A stretch of DNA of 64,000 nt from Thermoproteota archaeon (GCA_032249235.1 JAVVGF010000001.1:434895-498894); one strand, 5' to 3'. Shown: positions 49,603-60,152, numbered from the stretch's first letter. Numbers and translations are program-made. The notes: a model not told the origin generated them from the sequence alone.

Positions 49603-50511
49603 ATGAAGGTAATTGAGGTTGAATCTTTAACTAAAAAATATGGGAAGATAATTGCCATAGATAATGTTAGTTTTCATGTCAATAAAGGTGAGATATTTGG
49701 TTATCTTGGACCTAATGGCTCTGGAAAAACGACTACGGTAGAAATATTAGAATGTCTTAGAAAGCCTGATTCTGGAAGGGCAAGAGTTTTGGGATATGAT
49801 TTAAAAGAAGCTAATGAGATAAAGAAAAGAATTGGTGTTATGCCTCAGAATTTCGCTGCATTTGATTTGCTCACAGTAGAAGAAAACGTAGCATTGGTTG
49901 CTAGGATATATAAAAGAAAAAAAGAAGATGTAAAGCGTGTTTTAGATCTTCTAGATCTTTGGGAAATAAGGAAGAGGAAATATGAAGATCTATCTGGCGG
50001 GACTCAAAGAAGAGTAGGAATTGCTATGGCTTTAGTTAACGATCCTGAAGTAGTTTTCCTAGATGAACCTACTGTAGGCTTAGATCCAGAAATAAGAAGA
50101 ACTGTTTGGCAAGTTATTATAAAATTGAAGGAAGTTGGTAAGACTGTTTTCTTGACAACCCATTACATTGAAGAAGCTGAAAGACTTTGTGATAGAGTTG
50201 GCATTATTGTCAAAGGTAAAATTGTGGCAATAGATTCTCCTAGAAATTTAGTTAATAGTCTTAATCTGAAATATGTTGTAAAAGTGAAGAAGGATCCAAA
50301 AGTTCTCAGTATAATCAAAGATGAAGCAGAAATTATTGAGGAAAATGGATATTTTTCAATTAAAACTGATAACAGATTAATTGCTAGGAAGATAGCCTAT
50401 GAATTAGAAATGAATGGATTTGAAGAAATAGAACTTAAAACACCAAATCTAGAGGATGTTTTTCTCAAGATGATAGGAGCTAAAATAACTGAAGCCGGTG
50501 AATTAGCATGA
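49603..50511 (+). CDS. ABC transporter ATP-binding protein (ABC-2 exporter)
   Basis: GPNGSGKT, LSGG, FLDEPT, TTH. Confidence 0.93.
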   Translation: MKVIEVESLTKKYGKIIAIDNVSFHVNKGEIFGYLGPNGSGKTTTVEILECLRKPDSGRARVLGYDLKEANEIKKRIGVMPQNFAAFDLLTVEENVALVARIYKRKKEDVKRVLDLLDLWEIRKRKYEDLSGGTQRRVGIAMALVNDPEVVFLDEPTVGLDPEIRRTVWQVIIKLKEVGKTVFLTTHYIEEAERLCDRVGIIVKGKIVAIDSPRNLVNSLNLKYVVKVKKDPKVLSIIKDEAEIIEENGYFSIKTDNRLIARKIAYELEMNGFEEIELKTPNLEDVFLKMIGAKITEAGELA

Positions 50512-51773
50512 GGAATTCTTTTTTTATAGCTAATGTATTCTTCAAGAGTTGGTTAAGAAGCAGATCAGGACTTTTCTTTTCGCTCATATTTCCTGTTCTC
50601 TTACTTTCAATATTTGGTTCAATATTCAACAACCCTCAAAATATAACCTTTAGTTTATATGTTCAAAATAAAGACGTTGACAGTAATGGTAAAGCAAGTC
50701 AGTTATCAAGCATATTTATTGAAGCTTTGAATAAGAGTGGTGTTTTCAAAGTTTCTATTTTGCCTAACGATGTTGATGCACTTAACTTTGCACGTTCACA
50801 AGGCGGTATTTTTGAGCAAAGAAGAGTTATTGTAATACCTAAGGGCTTTAATGATTTCATAATAAATAGCACAGAAAAGGCTCAGCTAGAGCAAGGAATT
50901 AGCCAAATCCAAATATTGCTTAATTCAACTTATTTAAATGAAACTCAAAAAGAGATGCTCTCCAATTTTTTGAAATATATGAAGGATAGGTTAAAGCAAA
51001 TAAAAATTGAAAACGTTTCTCTTGAGATATACATAAGCAAAGCAGATCCTGCATATGAGCAACTAATAAACATATTCAATAATTTCATAAGTAAATTCAG
51101 CTCTTCTACAGCAGGTATTAGTATTAACATACCTATTCAAGAAAAAGAAATAGGAGTAAGAACATTATCGGCCTCTGATTACTATGTTCCTTCTTATATA
51201 GCTTTTACAATAATGAGCAATGCCCTATTCGGATTGACAGGAGTTATAGCTGATTTAAGAAGGAGAGGCATATTCAAAAGAGTGATTGCAACACCTTTAA
51301 GAAAATACGAATGGATCTTTGGCGTTTTCTTTAGCCAATTAATTTTGATTTCCCTAGCTACTTTAATAATGTTGGCTGTGGGTTATTTTGCTTTCAAAGT
51401 CACGCCAGTTTTAGATTTAATACATATTTCTGTAGCTGTATTAGCAATCATTTTAGGAACGCTTTGTTTCACATTCATTGGAGTCGTAATAGGAACAATA
51501 TTTAAACAACCAGATACTGCTGGAACAGTAGGTTCAGTAATAGCATTTCCTCTTATGTTTTTAAGCGGGGTATTCTTTCCTATCGAATCAATGCCTAACT
51601 ATTTGCAACTAATTGCAGCTTTTTCTCCTCTGTATTATTTAGCCGTAACTTTAAGGGAGTCAATTATTCAAGGAGTTTTCATTTTAACAACTATTTCTAT
51701 TCCAATTTTAGCTGTTTTAAGTATAGCTTTTTTGATCATTTCGCTCTATTTGACTAAATGGACAGCTGAATAA
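50508..51773 (+). CDS. ABC-2 type exporter permease
   Basis: N-terminal TM, large extracellular loop, five C-terminal TMs, FLSGVFFP...MP motif. Confidence 0.9.
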   Translation: MRNSFFIANVFFKSWLRSRSGLFFSLIFPVLLLSIFGSIFNNPQNITFSLYVQNKDVDSNGKASQLSSIFIEALNKSGVFKVSILPNDVDALNFARSQGGIFEQRRVIVIPKGFNDFIINSTEKAQLEQGISQIQILLNSTYLNETQKEMLSNFLKYMKDRLKQIKIENVSLEIYISKADPAYEQLINIFNNFISKFSSSTAGISINIPIQEKEIGVRTLSASDYYVPSYIAFTIMSNALFGLTGVIADLRRRGIFKRVIATPLRKYEWIFGVFFSQLILISLATLIMLAVGYFAFKVTPVLDLIHISVAVLAIILGTLCFTFIGVVIGTIFKQPDTAGTVGSVIAFPLMFLSGVFFPIESMPNYLQLIAAFSPLYYLAVTLRESIIQGVFILTTISIPILAVLSIAFLIISLYLTKWTAE

Positions 51774-51795
51774 TATTTTTCCTTCTAGATTGTCA

Positions 51796-51830
51796 TTACA
51801 TAAATGAAAGCCTCGTCCTTTAGGGCGGGA
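51796..51830 (+). mobile_element. Orphan IS200/IS605-family left-end-like hairpin (remnant)
   Basis: TTAC|ATAAATG-AAAG-CCTCGTCCTTTAGGGCGGG: target tetramer, AAAG guide and GC-rich imperfect hairpin in an AT-rich spacer; no tnpA/tnpB nearby. Confidence 0.55.
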
Positions 51831-52086
51831 CGAATAGACTTAAATATCTTGGAATTCCAGCGACACCCGTCTTAAGCTCAATCGTGCATAATGTGACTTA
51901 AGAAGGAGCAATCAGTATAGATTAGGATTCAAGAAATATTAGCTTGCTATAAAGAATTTGCTTCAAGCATAAGGTTTACTCTTTAAGTCTACTTTTACTC
52001 GAGAATTAATAATAGCTTAAATGCTTCATTAATTCAATTTTCTCGAGATTTCCTACAAATAAATCTTCAAAAATCATTTATTTTAT

Positions 52087-52605
52087 ATGCAAAGTTATGA
52101 TACTTTTTATTTTGTAAAGAGTAAGTTGGATGTTAGAGAATTCGAAGATAAGCCTGTTCCTTTTGAAGTCATCTTAAAAATATTAGATGCTGCAAGATAT
52201 ACAGGTTCAGGTAAAAATACTCAGCATTGGCGTTTCATATTAATCAGAGATAAAGAAAATCTCAAGAAGCTAGCTGAAGATAGCACAACTGGCAAATGGG
52301 CTGTTAATGGAGCATTTGCTGTTATAGTTTTAACAAACCCAGTTTATCCTTTCCATTTATTAGATGCAGGTAGAGTAGTGCAAAGTATGCAAATAGTTGC
52401 ATGGAGCTTAGGTATTGCTTCAGGAATATTTACAGGAATAGTTCATGAAAAACTAAGGAAAGATTTCAACATTCCAAACGATTTATACCCAAGCGCAGTA
52501 GTTGTCTTCGGTTATCCTAAGAAGAAAATTATAGGTAAAAAGAATAGGAAAAAGCTTGAAGAATTGGTGTTTCAAGAGAAATTCGGAAATCCGCTGTTTG
52601 TATAA
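52087..52605 (+). CDS. Nitroreductase family protein
   Basis: VREFEDKPV, AARYTGSGKNTQHWRF, LGIAS, FGYP. Confidence 0.88.
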   Translation: MQSYDTFYFVKSKLDVREFEDKPVPFEVILKILDAARYTGSGKNTQHWRFILIRDKENLKKLAEDSTTGKWAVNGAFAVIVLTNPVYPFHLLDAGRVVQSMQIVAWSLGIASGIFTGIVHEKLRKDFNIPNDLYPSAVVVFGYPKKKIIGKKNRKKLEELVFQEKFGNPLFV

Positions 52606-52607
52606 AA

Positions 52608-52640
52608 TTTTGTACTTTTTACGTTGAATTAAGTACAAAA
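52608..52640. promoter_or_regulatory. Perfect 10-bp inverted repeat (candidate operator or terminator) next to a TATA box
   Basis: TTTTGTACTT-N13-AAGTACAAAA directly before TTTAAATA (52643-52650) and the ArsR-like gene. Confidence 0.45.
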
Positions 52641-52678
52641 AATTTAAATATTCCTTTTTTATTATTAGCTTAGTTCAA

Positions 52679-53230
52679 ATGTCTGAATTTAATAAAGACA
52701 TGATTAAAGAAGAGTTGAAAAAGGCTATTAAAGAAATGCTAGATCCCATCTTACATGAAACCCTAAAGGAGCTAGAAAAGCAAATGAAGACTATTAGCTT
52801 GCGAATAAATCTAAGCAAGGAAGATCTTGAAATGGTCGAGCCTACTAACATTGTTTTGAGGGATATTGCAAATATTTTAAAAGAGAGCATAAGAAAGGGT
52901 TTACGAGAAAAAGGAGAAGAAATGATAGATGAACTTATCTTAAATCTCCCTGAATCAAAGGCTAGCATGATAATGAAATCTTTAGCTAATGAAGATAGAA
53001 TAAAATTGCTCAAAATTTTGTACAAGAATCCTATGAGTTTCAGTGAATTAAAGGAAACGTTGAATTTGGAATCTTCTTCTCTATCCTACAATCTAAGACA
53101 ACTATTAAGCACGGGACTAATTGTTCATGATGAAACAGTAATGAAATACAGGATCTCTAGTAGAGGTAAAATGCTACTTCGCCTTCTCGCTTTAATACAT
53201 GAAACTTTAGGAGGTGAGATCTATGAGTAG
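52679..53230 (+). CDS. ArsR-like winged-helix regulator with N-terminal helical extension
   Basis: KSLANEDRIKLLKIL...SFSELKETLNLESSSLSYNLRQL...YRISSRG. Confidence 0.85.
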   Translation: MSEFNKDMIKEELKKAIKEMLDPILHETLKELEKQMKTISLRINLSKEDLEMVEPTNIVLRDIANILKESIRKGLREKGEEMIDELILNLPESKASMIMKSLANEDRIKLLKILYKNPMSFSELKETLNLESSSLSYNLRQLLSTGLIVHDETVMKYRISSRGKMLLRLLALIHETLGGEIYE

Positions 53231-54491
53231 TATAAAACTAATAACAACTCCTAGTTTAGCTAAGGAAATTATCAGAATAATAAGCAGTATTGCTTTTGCT
53301 ATATCATTACTGTTTCTAGTAGTTTGGTTGCTTAGGTCTGTATTATCATTAGAAAGTATAGCTAATGGTTTAATACTAGCTTCGATTGGATTTTATGCGC
53401 TTTCAACTCTCTTAACAATAGAAACAGAAGATACGTTCATTGCAATATCAAGCATCATTAATAAAGCTGGAAATATAGCGCTTTTCAGCGCAATAGTTTT
53501 CTTCATATTCAGCTTTTTCGGTTTACAAAAAATATTTACTGATTTGATATTGCCTTTATTCATCGCTGCTATTATTTTGAAATTAGCTTCTTGGTCTTTT
53601 ATTACAATAACAAGCAGGAGAGATAAATATCAGCTAGACAAACATGTAAAAGAAATAGGTCCATATAGCGTAGATGCAAAACAATGGCTTCTTAGTTCTA
53701 ATGAATCAAGCAAGATTGTTTTAGTAAGAAGAGGTCGCAGAAAAGTTGGCTTTGTCAATTTTAATAGTATGAATTTAGAATTTAAGAATGATCTCGGAAA
53801 TATCAATCTTAAATTAAATGCACCTTTACTTGTTTACTCACCTTTTCTTAAATTGAAAGCCAAAAATATTCATGATTCTACAACGCTCATCAATGACGCT
53901 CAAAAACTACTTAATTCCATTTTATCTAGCATACCTTTTAGAAAAAGGGAATATGTTAAACTACCTTTCATATCAGTTGAAAGTGATGAGTTCGGCGAAA
54001 GAGTTAAAGTAGGACCTATTTATGTTGCTGAAGAACTTGGAAGAGAAGAAGTGAGAATTGGACCTTGGATTCGCATCTCTTCCGAGAGCAAACATAAAGG
54101 TATTATGTATTTGTTCTCCGCAAATCCTAAATATTCAATAAAATTGAGTAACGAAGAAATGATTATCATAACAAATAGCGATAAATTTATCATAAATCCA
54201 ACAAGTATAAAAGTAGAATATTTAGGCTATGACATAGAAATGTCAAAAAATGAATTAAATGTTCAAGCACCAGATTTCAAGTTAAAGGTTCGTGATAACA
54301 AAATATTATTTATTTCAGGTAAAAGATCATATTCAATTAGTAATTCGAAATTGGCTGAAGACTTAATAAATGCTGCTAAAATTAAAATTTATGAGCAAAT
54401 TAATTCATTAGAAAAAATTTTATACTTCGATCCTGTTTATATTATAACTGCTTTAAAAGATGTAATCGAAATGTATGGCGAGATGCTATGA
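53223..54491 (+). CDS. Hypothetical membrane protein (4 N-terminal TMs plus beta-rich domain)
   Basis: GGAGGTGA SD at 53210-53217 before ATG 53223; overlaps both neighbours. Confidence 0.75.
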   Translation: MSSIKLITTPSLAKEIIRIISSIAFAISLLFLVVWLLRSVLSLESIANGLILASIGFYALSTLLTIETEDTFIAISSIINKAGNIALFSAIVFFIFSFFGLQKIFTDLILPLFIAAIILKLASWSFITITSRRDKYQLDKHVKEIGPYSVDAKQWLLSSNESSKIVLVRRGRRKVGFVNFNSMNLEFKNDLGNINLKLNAPLLVYSPFLKLKAKNIHDSTTLINDAQKLLNSILSSIPFRKREYVKLPFISVESDEFGERVKVGPIYVAEELGREEVRIGPWIRISSESKHKGIMYLFSANPKYSIKLSNEEMIIITNSDKFIINPTSIKVEYLGYDIEMSKNELNVQAPDFKLKVRDNKILFISGKRSYSISNSKLAEDLINAAKIKIYEQINSLEKILYFDPVYIITALKDVIEMYGEML

Positions 54492-55438
54492 AGATCGTTG
54501 AAGTTATTGATTTGTATAAAGAATACAAAGTAAAAGTAAGAGAAGGATTTTTCAAAAGTAAGATCAAGAATGTAAAAGCATTAAATGGCGTTAGCTTTCA
54601 TATAAACAAAGGAGAAATTTTTAGTTTAGTCGGTCCTAACGGTGCAGGTAAGACAACTACGATAAGAATCGTCGCAACTTTGCTTTTGCCAGATAAAGGA
54701 GAAGCGTTTGTTAATGGCTATAGTATTCTCAAAGAACCTTCAAAAGTAAGAGAAAATTTGGGAATTGTTCTATATCCTAATAAAGGATTTTATTCAAGAT
54801 TGACAGGTATCGAGAACCTTGTTTACTACGGTAGATTATATGGATTATCTAAGAAAGAAGCACTTAAGAGAGCTAAAGAGCTAGTAGAACTGGTAAATCT
54901 AGGAAACGATGCATATAGAACAGTTGATGAATACAGCTTAGGAATGATGGCAAAGCTTAGCATTGCTAAATGCTTAATAAACGATGCCCCAATCTTATTA
55001 TTCGATGAACCTACGATTGGCTTAGATCCTCTTTCTGCAAGAAAAATAAGATCTTTAATAAAGGAATTAGCGCTTAAAGGCAAAACTATCTTGCTCACAA
55101 GTCATAATATGTGGGAAGTTGAGAATCTTAGCGATAGAGTTGCGATGATAAATAAAGGCAAGATAATTTTAATTGGTTCTCCTACAGAGGTTAAACAAAA
55201 GCTTAAGCTCAAGTATATGATTGAGGTTGAGATATTAGCAGAGGATGCAAAATTCGATAATACTTCGATAGGCGAAAGAGGTTATCCAGTTGTAAAGTTA
55301 ACTTCTGAAAAGCCTACTGAAGATCTCTTAAAAGTCGTCGATGAAATTCGAGAAAAGGGCTACCAAGTAGGTTATATAAAAATAATAGAGCCTAGCTTAG
55401 AAGAAGCTTTTGCAAAAATTGTTGAAAACGAGTTATGA
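54488..55438 (+). CDS. ABC transporter ATP-binding protein
   Basis: GPNGAGKT, YSLGM, LFDEPT, TSH. Confidence 0.93.
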   Translation: MKIVEVIDLYKEYKVKVREGFFKSKIKNVKALNGVSFHINKGEIFSLVGPNGAGKTTTIRIVATLLLPDKGEAFVNGYSILKEPSKVRENLGIVLYPNKGFYSRLTGIENLVYYGRLYGLSKKEALKRAKELVELVNLGNDAYRTVDEYSLGMMAKLSIAKCLINDAPILLFDEPTIGLDPLSARKIRSLIKELALKGKTILLTSHNMWEVENLSDRVAMINKGKIILIGSPTEVKQKLKLKYMIEVEILAEDAKFDNTSIGERGYPVVKLTSEKPTEDLLKVVDEIREKGYQVGYIKIIEPSLEEAFAKIVENEL

Positions 55439-56214
55439 GAGTTATTGAACAAATTCTTGGAATTGTAGAAGCTGAGATTAGAGCTTTCTTGAGACAAGTA
55501 GGAGCATTTTTAGGTCTTTCCTCTTTCCCATTCATATTTTCCTTTGTAGCTTATGCTTTAGGTTCAGGAATGAGCGGAAAGCCAGCAGATCCAAAACTTT
55601 TATTTTATCAATTAATAGGTCTTTCGATGTTTATAATTGCGTTATTGATGACTTTTTCAGCTGCAACTTTTGTTAGAGAAGGATTACTTACAGGAAGACT
55701 TGAATATTTGTTAAGTGCTCCAATACATCCTTTTGTAATAGTAGTTGCTACAATGATAAGTAGCAGTTTATTGGGTCTTTTGAACTATATAATCATTGGA
55801 ATCGTAGCAACTGTTCTAGCTTATGATATTGCTCATATTCTTAATTTTTTGCTTTCTATCTTAATATTATATGTTGCATTACTACCAGCTTTGGGATTTA
55901 GCATGATTATGCTTGCGATAGGTATAGTAGCTAGAGAAACAGAACCTTTATCAAATATGATCGCAAGCTTTATTGGAGCTGTTTCTGGCTTAATTTATCC
56001 CATAACGCTTTTACCTCCTATTTTACAACTGATAGGTAAAGCAATGCCTTATTATTATGCTGCAGAATATGCTAGAGCTACAATAACAGGATATTTAGAT
56101 CTCATATTTAAGCAACCTTATTTCTTCCTTTTCCTTTATATTTTGGCTGGCTTTCTCGTTTATAAATACTTCGAAAGAGCCTTTATAAAGAAGAGAGGAA
56201 CCTATGGTTGGTAG
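55435..56214 (+). CDS. ABC-2 type permease
   Basis: About 6 TMs; GRLEYLL.AP and SGLIYP..LLP motifs. Confidence 0.85.
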   Translation: MRVIEQILGIVEAEIRAFLRQVGAFLGLSSFPFIFSFVAYALGSGMSGKPADPKLLFYQLIGLSMFIIALLMTFSAATFVREGLLTGRLEYLLSAPIHPFVIVVATMISSSLLGLLNYIIIGIVATVLAYDIAHILNFLLSILILYVALLPALGFSMIMLAIGIVARETEPLSNMIASFIGAVSGLIYPITLLPPILQLIGKAMPYYYAAEYARATITGYLDLIFKQPYFFLFLYILAGFLVYKYFERAFIKKRGTYGW

Positions 56215-57010
56215 AATAATTAAGAGAATCATAAGCAAAATATTTGCAGAAGTTGAAAGAGGTTTTACAATTTATACTAGATATAAGGTTTGGCTTATTT
56301 CTGATTTAATTTCAACTCCTTTCTGGGTTCTAATGCTTTTGTATGGTATTATGCTCTATGCAACGCAATATATTAAAGATCCAAACGTCATTTCAGCATT
56401 AACATGGGGAATTTTTGTTTTTGTATTTGTTTCAACTTTTTTAGGAATGAGTAGTACGCTTGTTATTGCAATTCATCAAGGGATACTTGAATATGTGCTA
56501 ATGACGAATTCAAGTATTGTATCACATTTGGTAGGTAGGGCTATAATGAGTCTGATAGATACTTTTACGATAGGAGCTGTCATATTTTTGCTAAACACAA
56601 CATTGTTCGGCGCAAAAATATACTTGGCTGACCCATTGTTCTTTTTTATCTCCATCATTCTAGCACTACTATTTTTCTTATTCTTCGGTGCTACATGGAG
56701 CTTTTTTGTAGTTAACTTAAGATCTCCTTGGGTAGCAAATCAGGTTTTGCAATTTGTTTTACCTTTTTTTGGCGGTGCAATTCCAATACAGCTTTTCAGC
56801 AAGGATTTTGCAAGCGTTATATTATATTCACCATTCTATTATGTAATAGGTCCTATAATCTCTGCAGCAACAGGCTATTATCCTTTCGATAAATATTTAA
56901 TGCTTATTTTCGATATCATCGCAGTGCTAATCATGGCTATCATAGCATATAGAGTACAGAATATTATAATTAAAAACGCTTTGAAAAAAGGAAAATTTTC
57001 TTTATTTTAA
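56204..57010 (+). CDS. ABC-2 type permease
   Basis: About 6 TMs; GILEYVL and GGAIP motifs; paralog-like to the upstream permease. Confidence 0.82.
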   Translation: MVGRIIKRIISKIFAEVERGFTIYTRYKVWLISDLISTPFWVLMLLYGIMLYATQYIKDPNVISALTWGIFVFVFVSTFLGMSSTLVIAIHQGILEYVLMTNSSIVSHLVGRAIMSLIDTFTIGAVIFLLNTTLFGAKIYLADPLFFFISIILALLFFLFFGATWSFFVVNLRSPWVANQVLQFVLPFFGGAIPIQLFSKDFASVILYSPFYYVIGPIISAATGYYPFDKYLMLIFDIIAVLIMAIIAYRVQNIIIKNALKKGKFSLF

Positions 57011-57040
57011 AAATATATTCGAGTAGTAATAGGTAAGCTT

Positions 57041-57595
57041 ATGACATATCAGCACTTAATTCGAGGTACCTTCATCAGCACTATTGCAGGCTTTCTAATT
57101 TTAATCGTTCTTATAATATTGCAATTAAAAGGTCTTAATGCCTTAAAAGAACCCTTTACTTTAGGTTTGCTTTATGTCCTATTCATTATGGCAATATTTG
57201 CTTATTTGGAGTATGCGAAATTACCTTTGCCTTTTTATAGACTCTATAAGTATGCTATACCTGTAGGTCTTGTTATTGTATTCCTAGGATTATTATTCTT
57301 GACTTTTGGATATTTTGAAGGTGCTTATTTAATCATGTTAGGTTATTTATCTGAGCCAATAGGAGGGATTGCTCCTTTTAAGTTTTACATGAATTTCAAT
57401 AAATCATTAGGATTTTCAACATACGTGCTAGGTGCAATCTATGTTCTTACTTTACCTTTATTGATATATAACTTAGCTCTAATTCCATTAATTGCAGATT
57501 TCTTGAAATTCATTGGCTTCATAGGAATTTATAGAATTGTTTTAAGTAATAGAGCTTCTATCGAAGAAGTTAAAGTAAAAGCTAATATTAGTTAA
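57041..57595 (+). CDS. Hypothetical membrane protein
   Basis: About 6 hydrophobic segments. Confidence 0.65.
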   Translation: MTYQHLIRGTFISTIAGFLILIVLIILQLKGLNALKEPFTLGLLYVLFIMAIFAYLEYAKLPLPFYRLYKYAIPVGLVIVFLGLLFLTFGYFEGAYLIMLGYLSEPIGGIAPFKFYMNFNKSLGFSTYVLGAIYVLTLPLLIYNLALIPLIADFLKFIGFIGIYRIVLSNRASIEEVKVKANIS

Positions 57596-57611
57596 AGTAT
57601 CATATCATTTC

Positions 57612-60152
57612 GTGAAATCTTCATATAGCAAAAAACTAGATATAGGTGAAATATACGATATTAATGAACTAGGATCTGAAGTCCAGAAACTTCCTTTTTC
57701 TCTAAAAATACTCTTAGAAAACCTCATTAGGAACATAGATGAACAAATCATAACCATAGAAGATGTTGAAAAGCTTCTTAAAAGGAAAATAGGTGAAGAA
57801 ATACCTTTCATGCCTTCAAGGGTTATTCTTCAAGACTATACAGGAATACCTTTGCTAGTAGATTTAGCTGCGATGAGAAGCAAGCTTAAAGATAAGCCAG
57901 AGTTAATAAATCCAAAAATTCCCGTAGACTTAATTATCGATCATTCAATTCAAGTCGATTATTATGGCACGATTTACGCCTTTAATTTAAATCTTAAGAA
58001 TGAATTCGAGAGAAACAAAGAGCGTTATGCTTTTTTGAAATGGGCTCAGAGTGCTTTCGATAATTTGAGAATTGTTCCTCCAGGAAAAGGAATTATACAT
58101 CAAATAAACTTAGAATATTTAGCAAAAGTAATCGATGAAAGAAATGGCATACTGTTTCCTGATACATTGTTAGGGACTGATTCTCATACTACGATGATAA
58201 ACGGTATTGGAGTCCTAGGCTGGGGTGTAGGAGGAATAGAGGCTGAAGCTGTAATGCTAGGCCAGCCTTATTATCTTCCAATTCCAGAAGTTGTAGGAGT
58301 CAAATTAGTCGGAGAATTGAAAGAAGGAGTAACACCAACAGATCTAGTTCTTTACATAACTGAGCTATTAAGAAAAGAAAATGTAGTAGGCAAGTTTGTT
58401 GAATTTTTCGGTCCAAGTCTTTCAACTTTATCTGCTCAGGATAGAGCAACGATAGCTAACATGGCACCTGAATATGGAGCTACGATTGGTTTCTTCCCAG
58501 TAGATGAGTTAACACTTAAGTATTTGGAAAGAACAGGAAGGAGTATTGAACATGTTCAAAAAGTCGAGAAATATTGTAAATACCAAGGATTGTTCTATAA
58601 TGGACAAGAACCCAATTATGATAAAGTAATAGTTCTTGATTTATCTTTAGTAGAACCTAGCATAGCTGGTCCTAGAAATCCTGAAGAAAGAATACCTTTA
58701 GCTAAATCTAAAGAATTCCTTGAAGAGTTGATGAAGGAATATAAAATAAAAAATAGTCCTCGTATTCCTCATGGTAGTGTTGTGATTGCAGCAATTACTA
58801 GTTGTACAAATACGTCAAATCCTTCGGTAATGATAGGGGCTGGATTGCTAGCAAAGAAAGCTGTAGAGCATGGATTGAATGTAAAAGATTATGTTAAGAC
58901 AAGTCTTGCACCAGGTTCTAGAGTAGTTGTTGAATATTTGAAAAGAGCAGGATTGATGAGTTATTTAGAAGCTCTGAGATTTCATCTAGTAGGATATGGA
59001 TGCACGACATGCATAGGCAATAGCGGGCCTTTGCCTAAATGGGTAGCTGATGAAATAATAAATAATAATATTTTCGCAGTAGGAGTAATAAGCGGTAATA
59101 GGAATTTTGAAGGAAGGATTAATCCATTGCTTAAAGCTACTTTCTTAGCTTCTCCAATGCTCGTTGTTGCATATGCTTTAGCAGGAAAAATAGACATTGA
59201 CTTCTATGAAGAACCTATTGGATATGATCCAAATGGAAATCCTGTTTATCTAAAAGACATATGGCCTTCCTCTAAAGAAATAAATGAATACTTGAATCTT
59301 GCAATGGATCCTGAACTTTATATTAAGCTTTATGAAGACATTTTTGAAGGAGATGAAAACTGGAATTCTTTAAAAGTAACACCTAACAAGATCTATGACT
59401 GGCCCGAATCAACTTATATTAAAGAACCTCCTTGGCTAGACGAAATTCATCCTTTAAATGATATAAGAAAAGCTAGAGTTCTTTTATTGCTAGGAGATAG
59501 AGTTACTACAGATCATATATCTCCTGCAGGTCCAATACCTAAAGATAGCGATGCAGGCCGATACTTAATTTCTCTAGGAGAAAAAGACTTAAGCACTTTC
59601 GGTGCAAGGAGAGGTAATCATGAAGTAATGCTACGTGGAGGCTTCAGTAATCCAAAGCTTAAAAATTACTTAGTAGATATACAAGGCGGTTATACTTTGT
59701 ATTTACCCACTAATGAAATTTTAAGTGTTTATGAAGCTGCTATGAGATATAAGAAAGAAGGGATTCCTTTGATAATAATAGCTGGGAAGCAGTATGGAGC
59801 AGGTAGCTCTAGAGACTGGGCTGCAAAGGTAACCGCCTTGCTAGGAGTAAGAGCTGTAATTGCTGAAAGCTTTGAAAGAATTCATAGATCAAATCTCGTT
59901 GCAATGGGAGTATTACCTTTGCAAATAGATAAGCCATGGAGAGAATTAGGCATAACAGGAAGGGAAGAATATTATATTGAGGGATTGAAAGAATTGAAAC
60001 CTAGGCAAGTCGTTGAAGTAAAAGCTGTTGATGGAACAAAGGAAATAAGATTCAAGGCTTTGGTTAGAATAGAGACGAAAGTAGAACTAGAATATATGAA
60101 ACACGGTGGAATATTACCTTATGTATTTTCCAAAATATCTTCCTCAGCCTAA
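57612..60152 (+). CDS. acnA: Aconitate hydratase AcnA
   Basis: LQDYTG, DHS, GTDSHT, AITSCTNTSN, GCTTCIGNSG, SGNRNFEGR, TTDHISP, GSSRDWAAK. Confidence 0.96.
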   Translation: MKSSYSKKLDIGEIYDINELGSEVQKLPFSLKILLENLIRNIDEQIITIEDVEKLLKRKIGEEIPFMPSRVILQDYTGIPLLVDLAAMRSKLKDKPELINPKIPVDLIIDHSIQVDYYGTIYAFNLNLKNEFERNKERYAFLKWAQSAFDNLRIVPPGKGIIHQINLEYLAKVIDERNGILFPDTLLGTDSHTTMINGIGVLGWGVGGIEAEAVMLGQPYYLPIPEVVGVKLVGELKEGVTPTDLVLYITELLRKENVVGKFVEFFGPSLSTLSAQDRATIANMAPEYGATIGFFPVDELTLKYLERTGRSIEHVQKVEKYCKYQGLFYNGQEPNYDKVIVLDLSLVEPSIAGPRNPEERIPLAKSKEFLEELMKEYKIKNSPRIPHGSVVIAAITSCTNTSNPSVMIGAGLLAKKAVEHGLNVKDYVKTSLAPGSRVVVEYLKRAGLMSYLEALRFHLVGYGCTTCIGNSGPLPKWVADEIINNNIFAVGVISGNRNFEGRINPLLKATFLASPMLVVAYALAGKIDIDFYEEPIGYDPNGNPVYLKDIWPSSKEINEYLNLAMDPELYIKLYEDIFEGDENWNSLKVTPNKIYDWPESTYIKEPPWLDEIHPLNDIRKARVLLLLGDRVTTDHISPAGPIPKDSDAGRYLISLGEKDLSTFGARRGNHEVMLRGGFSNPKLKNYLVDIQGGYTLYLPTNEILSVYEAAMRYKKEGIPLIIIAGKQYGAGSSRDWAAKVTALLGVRAVIAESFERIHRSNLVAMGVLPLQIDKPWRELGITGREEYYIEGLKELKPRQVVEVKAVDGTKEIRFKALVRIETKVELEYMKHGGILPYVFSKISSSA

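Noticed and set aside
51998-52048. Imperfect inverted repeat (CTCGAGAA...TTCTCGAG with internal GAATTAAT/ATTAATTC)
   Set aside because: Short arms in AT-rich DNA could arise by chance; there is no supporting context.
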